Shown: positions 50,436-59,505 of the stretch, piece after piece
How positions within the stretch are numbered: the first letter of the stretch is position 1
Layout: each line of letters opens with the position of its first letter
From: Verrucomicrobiota bacterium
Lineage (GTDB): Bacteria; Verrucomicrobiota; Verrucomicrobiia; Opitutales; Seribacteraceae
Length of the DNA stretch: 64,000 nt
Direction: 5' to 3'
NCBI GenBank assembly: GCA_027622665.1
Contig: JAQBYT010000003.1
Location: 1 to 64,000 of the forward strand
Notes under the pieces: generated by a model
Told to the model about the DNA's origin: nothing
What the model saw: the letters and a program-made list of their open reading frames with translations, nothing else
Database searches by the model: none
Position numbers and translations under genes: made by a program

Positions 50436-51704
50436 TCAGAGTGTACCGTCGCCGTTCGGGCCTCCCGTAGGCTTGGGGACATTGCCCTCCGTGTGCAAGT
50501 ACGAACTATAGGAATCGGGCGTCACGAGCCCGTCGCTTTTCCACACGATCTTGAACTGACCGTCCTTCCGTATTTCACCCACGTACACGGGTTTAAGCGT
50601 GTGCTGGTTGCTCGGATGCATGCTCTTCTTGCCGCCGGGGGCGTCGAACTTGAGCCCGTAGACGGCTTTGCGCACCTTGTCCACCTCGAAGGACTTGGCT
50701 TTCTCAACGGCGGCCTTCCAGACGTAGACGCCGAAGTAGGCGGCCTCGATCGGATCATCGGTTACCCGCTTGGTGCCACCGGGCAGTCCCTTGGCCTTGC
50801 AATACTTCTTGAAAGCCTTCACGAAGGCGGCGTTATCCTTGGACTTTATGCTCTGGTAGTAGTTCCAACAGGCAAGATGCCCCACCAAAGGGGGAACGTC
50901 CATGGCCCGCAGTTCGTCCTCGGCCACGGAGAAGGCCATTATCGGGCAGTCGTCGGAAGTGAGGCCCTGGTTGGCGAACTCCTTGTAGAACGGCACGTTG
51001 CTGTCGCCGTTGATGGTAGAAAGGACGCAAGCGTCGCCACTGGCGGCGAACTTCTTGATCTTCGCCACAATGGTCTGGTAGTCCTGATGGTGAAACGGCG
51101 TGTATTCCTCGATCACGTTCGCGTCGGGCACGCCCTTGGACTTAAGGAAGGCTTTCAGCACCTTGTTGGCGGTACGCGGGAAGACGTAGTCCGTACCGAG
51201 AAGGTAGAACTTCTTGGCATCCAACTCATCCATCATGTATTCCGTCGCGGGCACCAGTTGCTGGTTCGGCGTGGCGGCCGTGTAGAAGACGTTGAGCGAT
51301 TGCTCCTCGCCTTCGTACTGCACGGGATAGAAAAGCAACCCGTTGTGTTCCTCGAACACGGGCAGGCAGGATTTGCGACTGACCGAGGTCCAGCAACCGA
51401 AGGTGACGCTCACCTTGTCCTCGGTAAGCAACTGCTTCGCTTTTTCCGCGAAGAGCGGCCAATTGGAGGCGGGATCGACGACGACGGTCTCGATCTTCTT
51501 GCCCAGCACGCCGCCGCCGGCGTTGATTTCGTCGACCGCCATCAGGACCACGTCCCGAAGAGAGGTCTCCGAAATGGCCATGGTACCGCTCAAAGAATGG
51601 AGCACACCGACTTTTACTTTCTCTTGAGCCTGCAGGGCCCCTGCGCCGACTGTCGCGGCAGCGAGGAGAGCCAAGAGGCTTTTGCTAAACTTGATTTTTT
51701 TCAT
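50436..51704 (-). CDS. urtA: Urea ABC transporter substrate-binding protein UrtA
   Basis: KVGVLHSLSGTMAISE; FGCWTSVSRK; YPVQYEGEE; DYVFPRT; STINGDSN; signal peptide. Confidence 0.96.
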   Translation of the reverse strand: MKKIKFSKSLLALLAAATVGAGALQAQEKVKVGVLHSLSGTMAISETSLRDVVLMAVDEINAGGGVLGKKIETVVVDPASNWPLFAEKAKQLLTEDKVSVTFGCWTSVSRKSCLPVFEEHNGLLFYPVQYEGEEQSLNVFYTAATPNQQLVPATEYMMDELDAKKFYLLGTDYVFPRTANKVLKAFLKSKGVPDANVIEEYTPFHHQDYQTIVAKIKKFAASGDACVLSTINGDSNVPFYKEFANQGLTSDDCPIMAFSVAEDELRAMDVPPLVGHLACWNYYQSIKSKDNAAFVKAFKKYCKAKGLPGGTKRVTDDPIEAAYFGVYVWKAAVEKAKSFEVDKVRKAVYGLKFDAPGGKKSMHPSNQHTLKPVYVGEIRKDGQFKIVWKSDGLVTPDSYSSYLHTEGNVPKPTGGPNGDGTL

Positions 51705-51879
51705 TATTGGATTCTGGTATGGATTGTTTGGTGGATTGGAAATGCCCACGAGCGGGCAAGTGTTATTAATTATGGAAAGGACAAAATTTCAGCGTATCAG
51801 GCATCGAGTCGACCGTCCGAAAAGCTTGAGGAAGAAGGTCCCGGCAAGGTGTTCATCGACTGTCGTTCATTCATTTCTA

Positions 51880-51912
51880 GAATAATCGGGAATAATCGGG
51901 GTGAATAATCGG
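51880..51912. repeat. Three direct copies of GAATAATCGG
   Basis: Copies at 51880-51889, 51890-51899 and 51903-51912. Confidence 0.8.
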
Positions 51913-51937
51913 GGGGAAGCGGAAGCCTCCCCCCGAT
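51903..51937 (-). terminator. Intrinsic terminator-like hairpin after the porin gene
   Basis: Minus strand: ATCGGGGGGAGGC-TTCC-GCTTCCCCCCGAT followed by TATTC. Confidence 0.65.
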
Positions 51938-51987
51938 CAACAAACTACTCTAGACTGAAACAAAGGTAAGGAATTCTCGAATCGGGT

Positions 51988-52893
51988 TCAGAAGGTGTAG
52001 AGGAGCTCGATTCCGAAATAGTCCTCGTCGCCTCCCGCCACTGAGGAATCTTGGGCGCTGTACTCGAGCACACCGAGCAGATCTTCGCTTATGGCGTAGT
52101 TAGGAGAGATCGTGAGCTTATCGTAGTCCGTGGTGCCAATTTTCTCTTCCGAGTAGCGCAAGGTGAGTCCAAGACTGTCGTTTACCGTATAGGCGCCCAT
52201 CACGAGAAATCCCTTGATGTCGTCGCCGATGTCGTTGTCTTTTTCGGCATGTTCGACCGCCACAAGCAAATCCCCATAGGTATAACTAGCCCAGTAGTTT
52301 TCGACATCGTAGGTAGGAGCATCGGCAAAGATAGCCTTCACCGTAAGGTTTTCAACTCCAGTAAAGGCGAAGGCGTACTCGAAACCAGTGTCTTCTTCAG
52401 CATCGGCCGGGTCCGCTTCAACAAAATGAGCAAAACCCGAAACGCTGAACATATCGTTCGCATAACTCGCCGAGATGCCATCTCGATAGGCGTCGTATAT
52501 GTCTTGCACGCCACCACTGTGATCGTAGGCGTAGCTGATTTGGTACATGTTGATCGGGTCGTAGGCTTCGAAACCGACGAAGGACAACTGGCGCCCGGCC
52601 GAGAGGCTGAAACCATTTCCGGGAGCATAAGTGACGACTGCCTCCTCCAAGGTTGTACCAGCTGAAGTGAAATCAACATCTACGGAAAATGTCACGGGAC
52701 CGGAATCGAAGTCCAGATCGAGTTCCACTTGAGAAGTTTCGAAGGAATTGTCCTTGTCCTTGTGACCATACACAAGATCGGCGAATCCGCTTAATTCGAT
52801 TCCGCTGCCCGTGGGCCCGATTTCGACAGCCGAAAGGCTCGTTACAGTGTAAATAGCCGCCAACGAGGCGCCCAGTTTCATTCGTTTGTTCAT
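51988..52893 (-). CDS. Outer-membrane beta-barrel porin upstream of the urt operon
   Basis: Signal peptide; ELSGFAD; LEEAVVTY; SAGRQLSFVGFEAYDP; alternating beta strands; C-terminal ELLYTF; acidic loops. Confidence 0.82.
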   Translation of the reverse strand: MNKRMKLGASLAAIYTVTSLSAVEIGPTGSGIELSGFADLVYGHKDKDNSFETSQVELDLDFDSGPVTFSVDVDFTSAGTTLEEAVVTYAPGNGFSLSAGRQLSFVGFEAYDPINMYQISYAYDHSGGVQDIYDAYRDGISASYANDMFSVSGFAHFVEADPADAEEDTGFEYAFAFTGVENLTVKAIFADAPTYDVENYWASYTYGDLLVAVEHAEKDNDIGDDIKGFLVMGAYTVNDSLGLTLRYSEEKIGTTDYDKLTISPNYAISEDLLGVLEYSAQDSSVAGGDEDYFGIELLYTF

Positions 52894-52969
52894 GGTGATG
52901 TTTTGGTGTTGTTCTAGTTTGTTCATCGAAATTCTCGCGACATGCGAAATTCCTATGCACAAGACCTCT

Positions 52970-52986
52970 TGCAACAACCGCGCCAA
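52970..52986 (-). promoter_or_regulatory. Sigma54 (RpoN) -24/-12 promoter
   Basis: Minus strand TTGGCGCGGTTGTTGCA matches TGGCACG-N4-TTGCW with one mismatch and exact GG-N10-GC spacing, about 77 nt upstream of the porin ATG. Confidence 0.65.
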
Positions 52987-53117
52987 CCCATCCAAACTCC
53001 TCGAAGTTGTACACTTGGCGCCCATCTAAATATTCATCCCATTGAGAAATTTCGCTCATACTAGGAACGATGCGGCAGCCGATCGTCACCGGAATGGCTA
53101 TCGCAACAGGCGAAAAA

Positions 53118-53957
53118 CTAGGTCGCGAGGGAAGACCGAACCTGCTCCGCGAGGGCATCGAGGAATTGTCGGTCGCCCCAGTACTCCCCGTGACAAAGAG
53201 GGTTCCAACCACGGACAACGGCGCCGCCCAAGCCGGCTGCGGCGTTGATTTCGATGTCATCGGCAACAGCTTCGGCATAGGAAGGCCCAAGGGGTTGGAG
53301 AGGCCAACCGAAGGGATCGTCGCGATCGTAGAAATTGAGCCAACGGAAGTCGTAACCGTTCCCACTTGTGCCAACGGCTTGAATTTCCTCGGGAGACAAT
53401 CCCGCCACGAAAATGGGGATATTGCACCCCGTGGTGAAGAAAGCCTCAAGTGTCTTGAGTCGACGAAAATCGTCCTCGATCGTACCTTCCGACGCCTTGC
53501 CCTTCCATATGCCTTGGCGAGGATGTTCCTGTTGACTATCCCAAAGGTAGTTGGAAATGACTTGGCAACCCAGCGACTGGGCCACGATTACAACGGGTTT
53601 GGCGGGGTCGCCAAGGGCAACGGCGCAACGATCGAGAGCGTCCCCAATAATACCTTGAGCCAATTCGTAGGGGCTACCGTCCTCGTGTGGGCGACGCTCC
53701 AGTCCCGCAGCATCGGAAAATCCGAAGAGGAGAAATTTCCGCAAAGCGATGAAATCAATTTTGCGCGAACGCATGGCTTCAAAGACGGCATCCTGATTGC
53801 CCTGCAGGATTGGCTGATAGTGGACGACGTCGAAGTGGAGAGATTCACGTTCGGACGGCTGCAGGCGTTTCTCGAGTCCGGACCGCAAGTCATCGGCAAA
53901 ATCAGACTTGGTTTCTCCCATGCCGTGGACGGCAATGACGGCGAGCTTTTTACTCAT
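53118..53957 (-). CDS. Putative alpha/beta-hydrolase
   Basis: VIAVHGMG oxyanion strand; IVAQSLG nucleophile elbow; FTTGCNIP; WLNFYDRDDPFGWPL; PLCHGEYW. Confidence 0.7.
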   Translation of the reverse strand: MSKKLAVIAVHGMGETKSDFADDLRSGLEKRLQPSERESLHFDVVHYQPILQGNQDAVFEAMRSRKIDFIALRKFLLFGFSDAAGLERRPHEDGSPYELAQGIIGDALDRCAVALGDPAKPVVIVAQSLGCQVISNYLWDSQQEHPRQGIWKGKASEGTIEDDFRRLKTLEAFFTTGCNIPIFVAGLSPEEIQAVGTSGNGYDFRWLNFYDRDDPFGWPLQPLGPSYAEAVADDIEINAAAGLGGAVVRGWNPLCHGEYWGDRQFLDALAEQVRSSLAT

Positions 53958-54161
53958 GAGAAGAGTTGAAGACCTATGCTACAAAACATAGGTGCGTTTA
54001 CGGCAATAATCGAGTGGACTTCTTTTCGGGAAACTCTTGGGCGTTGAGACTCACGCCCGACAATAAGAAGGCAAATCACTTTACCTTGAGTTTCGACAAA
54101 CATGGGACGGGATACCTCACGGCACGCAAAATTGCCCCGGGAGGAAGTGCAGGGACTCCAC

Positions 54162-55397
54162 CTACTCTTCGCCAATCCGCCACAATGCCGAGGCCGTGCG
54201 GATGTAAAGGGCGCCGTCGGACGCGGCAAAGGAGGCGAGAGTACGATCAGCCAAGTCGTTTTCCGCAAGTAGCTTGTAGGTCGGGGCGGCGGCGAAAACA
54301 TAGGTTTTCCCTTGTTCGTCGATCAAATAGATGCGACCTGACGAATACAGGAGTGAGGACGAGGTTTCTCGAGCCACACGCTCTCGCCAAAGAAGTGCTC
54401 CCGACTTTGCATCCAAACACGATACCACACCCGTGTCGGCAGCCATGAAAAACAAATTTCCGACGACTAGGGGAGAAGAGTTGCGAGGAGCATTTTTATC
54501 CGTCTTCCACACAATGTGGGTTTCCGTAACGTCACCCGAACCCGTGGGTCGAACGGCATAGACAACCGGGCGGTCGTAACCACTGCTGACGTAAATGAGC
54601 CCATTGGCGTAAAGCGGGCGAGGCACGACGGAGTAACCACCGGGGTAATGGGATTTCCAAATTTGCTTTCCCGACAGATCGTAAGCGAAGATGTAATCAC
54701 TGGCGGGACTGATGATTTGTCGACGACCTTCCACGTCGATTACGATCGGGGTACAAAAGGAAAACTTCTTTTTGGCCGCGGCATCTCGAGGGGTTCGCCA
54801 GCGAAGCTTGCCGGTGTACTTGTCCAAGGCGTAAAGGGCGGGATCACGGGCGCCGTCGGCGCTGAACAGAAGCAGGTCGCCCTCAACGACCGGAGAACAA
54901 CCACTACCGTGAACGGGAGGATAGTCGAATCGCTTTTTCCAAATCGTCTTTCCGGCAAGGGACAAGCAAGCGGTACCTTGATTGCCAAAGTGAACGTAGA
55001 GACGATCCTCGTCCAAGAAAGGCGTGGGACTGGCGTGACTGTTCTTGCGATGAATACGTTGGGCCGACTCCATGCGAAAGAGTTCACGGTCCCAATCCAC
55101 ATTGCCCGTAAGCGCATCGACTCGAAGCGCTCGAAGAGAGACCCCTTCACCATCGGGCACGGCACTGGTAAGAAATAGCTTACCGCCGCCGAGAACAGGA
55201 GAAGACCATGCCGACCCGGGCAATTCCTTTTTCCAAATAACCTTGTCGGTGGCACTCCAGCGAAGAGGCAGTTTTTTGACATCGGCGTGACCTTGTCCAG
55301 TAGGGCCACGGAACTGAGACCAGTCCTCGGCGAATACCGAGTGGAGGGAAAATAAAACAAAAAGGGAGTGAAGCAAAGCAATCTTAGGCATGATCAT
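54162..55397 (-). CDS. PQQ-like beta-propeller repeat protein (PVC-expanded family)
   Basis: AEDWSQFRGPTGQG; WSSPV; NSHASPTP; repeated xDxxTGxxxW units. Alternative start at 55391. Confidence 0.9.
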   Translation of the reverse strand: MIMPKIALLHSLFVLFSLHSVFAEDWSQFRGPTGQGHADVKKLPLRWSATDKVIWKKELPGSAWSSPVLGGGKLFLTSAVPDGEGVSLRALRVDALTGNVDWDRELFRMESAQRIHRKNSHASPTPFLDEDRLYVHFGNQGTACLSLAGKTIWKKRFDYPPVHGSGCSPVVEGDLLLFSADGARDPALYALDKYTGKLRWRTPRDAAAKKKFSFCTPIVIDVEGRRQIISPASDYIFAYDLSGKQIWKSHYPGGYSVVPRPLYANGLIYVSSGYDRPVVYAVRPTGSGDVTETHIVWKTDKNAPRNSSPLVVGNLFFMAADTGVVSCLDAKSGALLWRERVARETSSSLLYSSGRIYLIDEQGKTYVFAAAPTYKLLAENDLADRTLASFAASDGALYIRTASALWRIGEE

Positions 55398-55484
55398 TCT
55401 TGAAATTGTAAGTTTGGTAAAAAGTGAATGAGTCGAAGTAAAAAGGGACTAAGGAAAACCCCCTTCCGAGCCGATGCCTTTCTT

Positions 55485-56042
55485 CTATTCCAAACCAAGA
55501 ACTTTTTTACCCTCGTCGGAAATCATGCGTGGGTTCCATGGGGGTTCCCACACGATCTCCACTTGGGCGCTCTCCACTCCGGGCATAGCTTCGATACGGG
55601 TACGAGCATCATCCGCTATCACAGGTCCCATTCCGCAGCCTTTGGCAGTCAAAGTCATCTGAACCTCCACGCGTCGAGCGTCCTCGCCCGCCTCCTCGAT
55701 ACTCAAGTTATAGATCAAGCCGAGGTCCACGATATTAACGGGGATCTCGGGATCATAACAACCGCGCAAGGCATCCCAGACTTTTTTCTCGTCGAAAGTC
55801 TGATCTTGAGCCGCGGCAACGGGCTCATTTTCGGCCTCCACCGCGGCCTTTACTTCTTCGCCGAGCGCATCGAGGTTATCGATGCCGACACGATACATGC
55901 CGGTGGCATCGCGCAAAGTCACGGAACCTCCCAGAGCCTGTGCCACGACGTATTCCGCACCCTTCGACAAAGTGACCTCGTCCCCAGCGGGAATGAGAGT
56001 GGCGGGACAATCGCTGACTAGTGTAACGGGTTCGTTCTTCAT
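55485..56042 (-). CDS. sufT: Fe-S cluster assembly protein SufT (DUF59)
   Basis: QALGGSVT N-terminal domain; CYDPEIPVNIVDLGLIY; MTLTAKGCGMGP; VWEPPW. Confidence 0.88.
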   Translation of the reverse strand: MKNEPVTLVSDCPATLIPAGDEVTLSKGAEYVVAQALGGSVTLRDATGMYRVGIDNLDALGEEVKAAVEAENEPVAAAQDQTFDEKKVWDALRGCYDPEIPVNIVDLGLIYNLSIEEAGEDARRVEVQMTLTAKGCGMGPVIADDARTRIEAMPGVESAQVEIVWEPPWNPRMISDEGKKVLGLE

Positions 56043-56084
56043 GATAAATAAGGTGAAACTTGAGAAAAGGAGTGGAGAGAATCG

Positions 56085-57935
56085 TCAAAGTCCGCGATTC
56101 CAAAACCAAGGCAAGACGGCGTAGGCGCTTCGAGGATCGTTAAGTCGTCCGAACATGCCCAGATTACGCTCCATGTCCTTGAAACGGGCAAACAAGGCAT
56201 TTTCCTTATTGATGGAAGCGGCGGAAAGTTTGCTCGCAAGCGGAGTCTCTAAAATTTCCGCAAGGACCTCGAAAGGCGTCTCCACACGCGGATGCTCGAT
56301 CAGCTGAAAATCATCCGGCAAGCGAGCCAATTCAACGGCGTAAAGTATGGCATCTCCAAGCCCACCGAATTCATCGACCAAACCGATTTCACGGGCGTCC
56401 TTCCCGGACCAAACGCGCCCCTTGGCGATCTCATGGACCGCCGTTTTGTTCATATCGCGTCCGGCAGCCACATGATCCAAAAAACGATCGTAAATATCCT
56501 CCACGTAAAGCTGGAAATATTCCATCTCGTCCTCCGTTCTCGGTCTCACGAAGGAAAAGGCATCGGCATGCGGTTCCGTTTTCACTACGTCCCAAGTCAC
56601 GCCAAAGCGATTGCCGAGATCCTTAATGTTCGGCAACAAGCCAAACACTCCGATCGAGCCCGTGATCGTCTCGGGACTAGCGAAAATACGCTCCGACTTG
56701 GCAGCTATCCAATACCCCCCCGAAGCAGCGACCGAACCCATGGAAACAACTACGGGAATCCCATCCGCCCGCACACGCTCGACCTCTCGGCGAATAGCTT
56801 CCGCTCCGGTTACGCTTCCGCCCGGACTGTTCACCCGTAGAACGACTGCCTTGGTCTTCTCATCCTTGCGAATATCTCGCAACCGGCTAGCAATTTCATC
56901 GCCTCCTACATACTCTCCGTCATCACCCCAACCATCGAGAATCGCACCTTCTACGTAAACCACGGAGACGGCAGGCCTTTCATCCTCTTCGAGAGCTTGG
57001 AGGTCACCTACGGAAGAAGGTCTGTCGACGTATTCGCCTAGACTGATTTGAGCGAACTCTCCCGTATCTTCATCAATCCTGCCAATCTCGCCAAGACGGT
57101 CAATCACTTCGTCATAGTGAGCCGCCTTGTCGAATAAACCAGCAACCACCGCATCCTCCGCCTTGAGATGAAACTGCTGCCTGGAGATTTCTCCCAAACG
57201 CTCTACGGATAGTTTGCGGTTACGGGCGACAAGCCCAAGATAGTCCTGCCAACGATCCCCCAAAACCTCTTCCAACTGTTCGCGATTGGAATCACTGAAC
57301 CGGTCGGACAAGAAAGGCTCGACTGCACCCTTGTATTCGCCAGTTCTAGCCACCTGCACGCCGATGCCGTATTCCTCAAAGGCTTTTCCATAAAAAGTAA
57401 CCTCTACCGACATGCCGTTGAAAAGAACCGACCCGTAAGGATTGAGGAAAAGCTCGTCGGAATGAGACATAAGAAAGTAATCGGGCAACGAAGGGTCCAC
57501 GGCATAACCCACAATCGGCTTGCCCGACTGCCGAAACTCATTCAACGCCTCCCCTAGCTCGGCAAGAGCCGCATATCCAGAGCCATAACCCACGGGTTGT
57601 AGAGAACCTTTCAGAAAGATTCCACTTATCTTCTCGTCTGCCGAGGCCTTGCGAATCGTCCTAATCAACTCGAGCAAGTGAAAGCTTTGAGGCTCACCAC
57701 GCTTCGAAAGGGCCCTCATGGCCAGTTCTTCGAAGTCGAAACCACCCGGTCGATCCGAAACGTTCATGGTCAAGTCGATCACCAGAATGGAGTCCTTGGG
57801 AACTTCCACCTCCGGCACCCGAAGACTCAATGACATGAAGGTAAACAAAAGCGCGAAAGAAAAAAGCCCAAATAAAAGCGCCACTCCCGCCGAGGCTAGG
57901 AATCGTTTCAATACGTCCAACCAGAATGCTTTCAT
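56085..57935 (-). CDS. sppA: Signal peptide peptidase SppA (protease IV, 67K type)
   Basis: N-terminal TM helix; GEYKGAVEPF; LRVNSPGGS; VAASGGYW; ITGSIGVF; GRVWSG. Start re-placed at MKAFWLD. Confidence 0.93.
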   Translation of the reverse strand: MKAFWLDVLKRFLASAGVALLFGLFSFALLFTFMSLSLRVPEVEVPKDSILVIDLTMNVSDRPGGFDFEELAMRALSKRGEPQSFHLLELIRTIRKASADEKISGIFLKGSLQPVGYGSGYAALAELGEALNEFRQSGKPIVGYAVDPSLPDYFLMSHSDELFLNPYGSVLFNGMSVEVTFYGKAFEEYGIGVQVARTGEYKGAVEPFLSDRFSDSNREQLEEVLGDRWQDYLGLVARNRKLSVERLGEISRQQFHLKAEDAVVAGLFDKAAHYDEVIDRLGEIGRIDEDTGEFAQISLGEYVDRPSSVGDLQALEEDERPAVSVVYVEGAILDGWGDDGEYVGGDEIASRLRDIRKDEKTKAVVLRVNSPGGSVTGAEAIRREVERVRADGIPVVVSMGSVAASGGYWIAAKSERIFASPETITGSIGVFGLLPNIKDLGNRFGVTWDVVKTEPHADAFSFVRPRTEDEMEYFQLYVEDIYDRFLDHVAAGRDMNKTAVHEIAKGRVWSGKDAREIGLVDEFGGLGDAILYAVELARLPDDFQLIEHPRVETPFEVLAEILETPLASKLSAASINKENALFARFKDMERNLGMFGRLNDPRSAYAVLPWFWNRGL

Positions 57936-58032
57936 AAACCTTAAGAAACACCTAAGAAATCTGATTTGGAAGAGAAGGTCGAAGAAAAACTTTGCCGTTG
58001 TCGCAAAGAGACGATACTTGCCGGAGTTAATT

Positions 58033-59493
58033 ATGAGCGAAGAACAATTGAGCGCCGAGCACAAGGCCCTGAGAATAAACTTAGATCCAACAAAGTACGG
58101 CACCTTTGCCGAGATTGGAGCAGGGCAGGAAGTGGCCCGCCATTTCTTCGTGGCGGGCGGAGCCGCCGGTACCGTAGCCAAGAGCATATCGGCCTACGAC
58201 ATGCAGTTCAGCGACGCCATCTACGGCAAGGCTCGCCGTTACGTGTCACGCGAACGCCTCGTGCAAATGATGGAACACGAATACGGCCTGCTCGAGGAAC
58301 GTCTTACTGAGTCTAGGGGCACCGAGACCACTTTCTTTGCATTTGGGAACACCGTGGCCGCTCTCAACTACAAAAAGACCAACGAATGCCACGGATGGAT
58401 GGGGATTCGTTTTCAACTTCGCCCAGGCTCAGCTCCGCACGACATCATACTTCATGTACGAATGCTCGACCGCGACAATAGCTTGCAGCAGGAAGCCATC
58501 GGCTTTTTCGGCGTCAACCTGATCTACGGAGCCTTCCATTTCCGGGACGACCCCGACGCCTTCATCCGGAGTTTGGCCGATAACGTGGGGGATGACCGAA
58601 TCGAAGTCGACATGATCGAGTTCAACGGGCCCGAGTTCGAAAACGTGGACAACAGGATTCTTTCTCTCAAGCTGGTCGAAACAGGTCTGACGGAAGCCGT
58701 CATGTTCGATCGAAACGGGCACGTCGAGCAACCTGCCGAGACCCTCTACAAAAAATCCTGTCTCATTGAGCGCGGAAGCCTCCGCCCTCTAACCAAGGTC
58801 AACGTCGACATGCTGGAAAAGGCTCAAGCTCAATTCGTAAAGCGAGAAGACGTCGATTCGGATAACGTCAAAGTGTTCATGGAACTTACCCTCTCGACCC
58901 TGGGACCATCCGAAGGTGAAATTGACCATGCCGACTTCCTTGCCCGCATCGACTGCATCAATGCTTGCGGTTACGACGTCCTCGTCTCCAATCTTTTCGA
59001 GTATTACAAGCTAAGCACATTCCTCCGGCGCAACGTAAGCAAGCCCATAGGTCTAGTCATGGGGCTCAACAATCTCGCAGACATCCTAAAGGAAGAATAC
59101 TACTCCGAGCTGGAAGGCGGCATCTTGGAAGCCTTGGGAATCCTCTTCAAAGACAACATCAAAATCTATGCCTACCCCATAGAAAACGAGAATTTCGAGC
59201 GTTACCAAAAACAGATTGGAGTCGGCGACAACGTGGAAGCCAATCCAGCTGAAGACGGACTCATCGACATCGACAACTTGTTAGTGGCCGACAACCTTAG
59301 GAACCTCTACAAGTATGTGCGTGAAAACGGCTTCTTGGAACCTATCTTGGATTGTGATCGATCCAACATGGGCCTTTTTTCTCGAGACATCTTCGAAAAA
59401 GTCCAGGCAAGGAGTCCGGGATGGGAAGAGCTCCTCCCCCCTTGCGTAGCCAAGCTAATCAAAGAGAAAAACTTCTGGCGAGCCTCGACCTAA
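58033..59493 (+). CDS. Conserved cytoplasmic protein, probable CinA-like + nucleotidyltransferase-like fusion
   Basis: KALRINL...YGTFAEIGAGQEVAR...AGGAAGTVAKSISAYDM; ERGSLRPLTKVN; no signal peptide. Start placed at MSEEQLS after GGAG. Confidence 0.6.
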   Translation: MSEEQLSAEHKALRINLDPTKYGTFAEIGAGQEVARHFFVAGGAAGTVAKSISAYDMQFSDAIYGKARRYVSRERLVQMMEHEYGLLEERLTESRGTETTFFAFGNTVAALNYKKTNECHGWMGIRFQLRPGSAPHDIILHVRMLDRDNSLQQEAIGFFGVNLIYGAFHFRDDPDAFIRSLADNVGDDRIEVDMIEFNGPEFENVDNRILSLKLVETGLTEAVMFDRNGHVEQPAETLYKKSCLIERGSLRPLTKVNVDMLEKAQAQFVKREDVDSDNVKVFMELTLSTLGPSEGEIDHADFLARIDCINACGYDVLVSNLFEYYKLSTFLRRNVSKPIGLVMGLNNLADILKEEYYSELEGGILEALGILFKDNIKIYAYPIENENFERYQKQIGVGDNVEANPAEDGLIDIDNLLVADNLRNLYKYVRENGFLEPILDCDRSNMGLFSRDIFEKVQARSPGWEELLPPCVAKLIKEKNFWRAST

Positions 59494-59505
59494 AGCTATT
59501 GCAGG

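Noticed and set aside
51798..51816. GG-N10-GC upstream of urtA
   Set aside because: Spacing is right but the match to the rest of the sigma54 consensus is poor.
51880..51912. Direct repeats considered as a mini-CRISPR
   Set aside because: 10-bp units with 0-3 nt gaps, no spacers and no cas genes.
54162..55397. Calling the propeller protein BamB or a PQQ dehydrogenase
   Set aside because: No lipobox or catalytic evidence; it fits the paralog-rich PVC propeller family.
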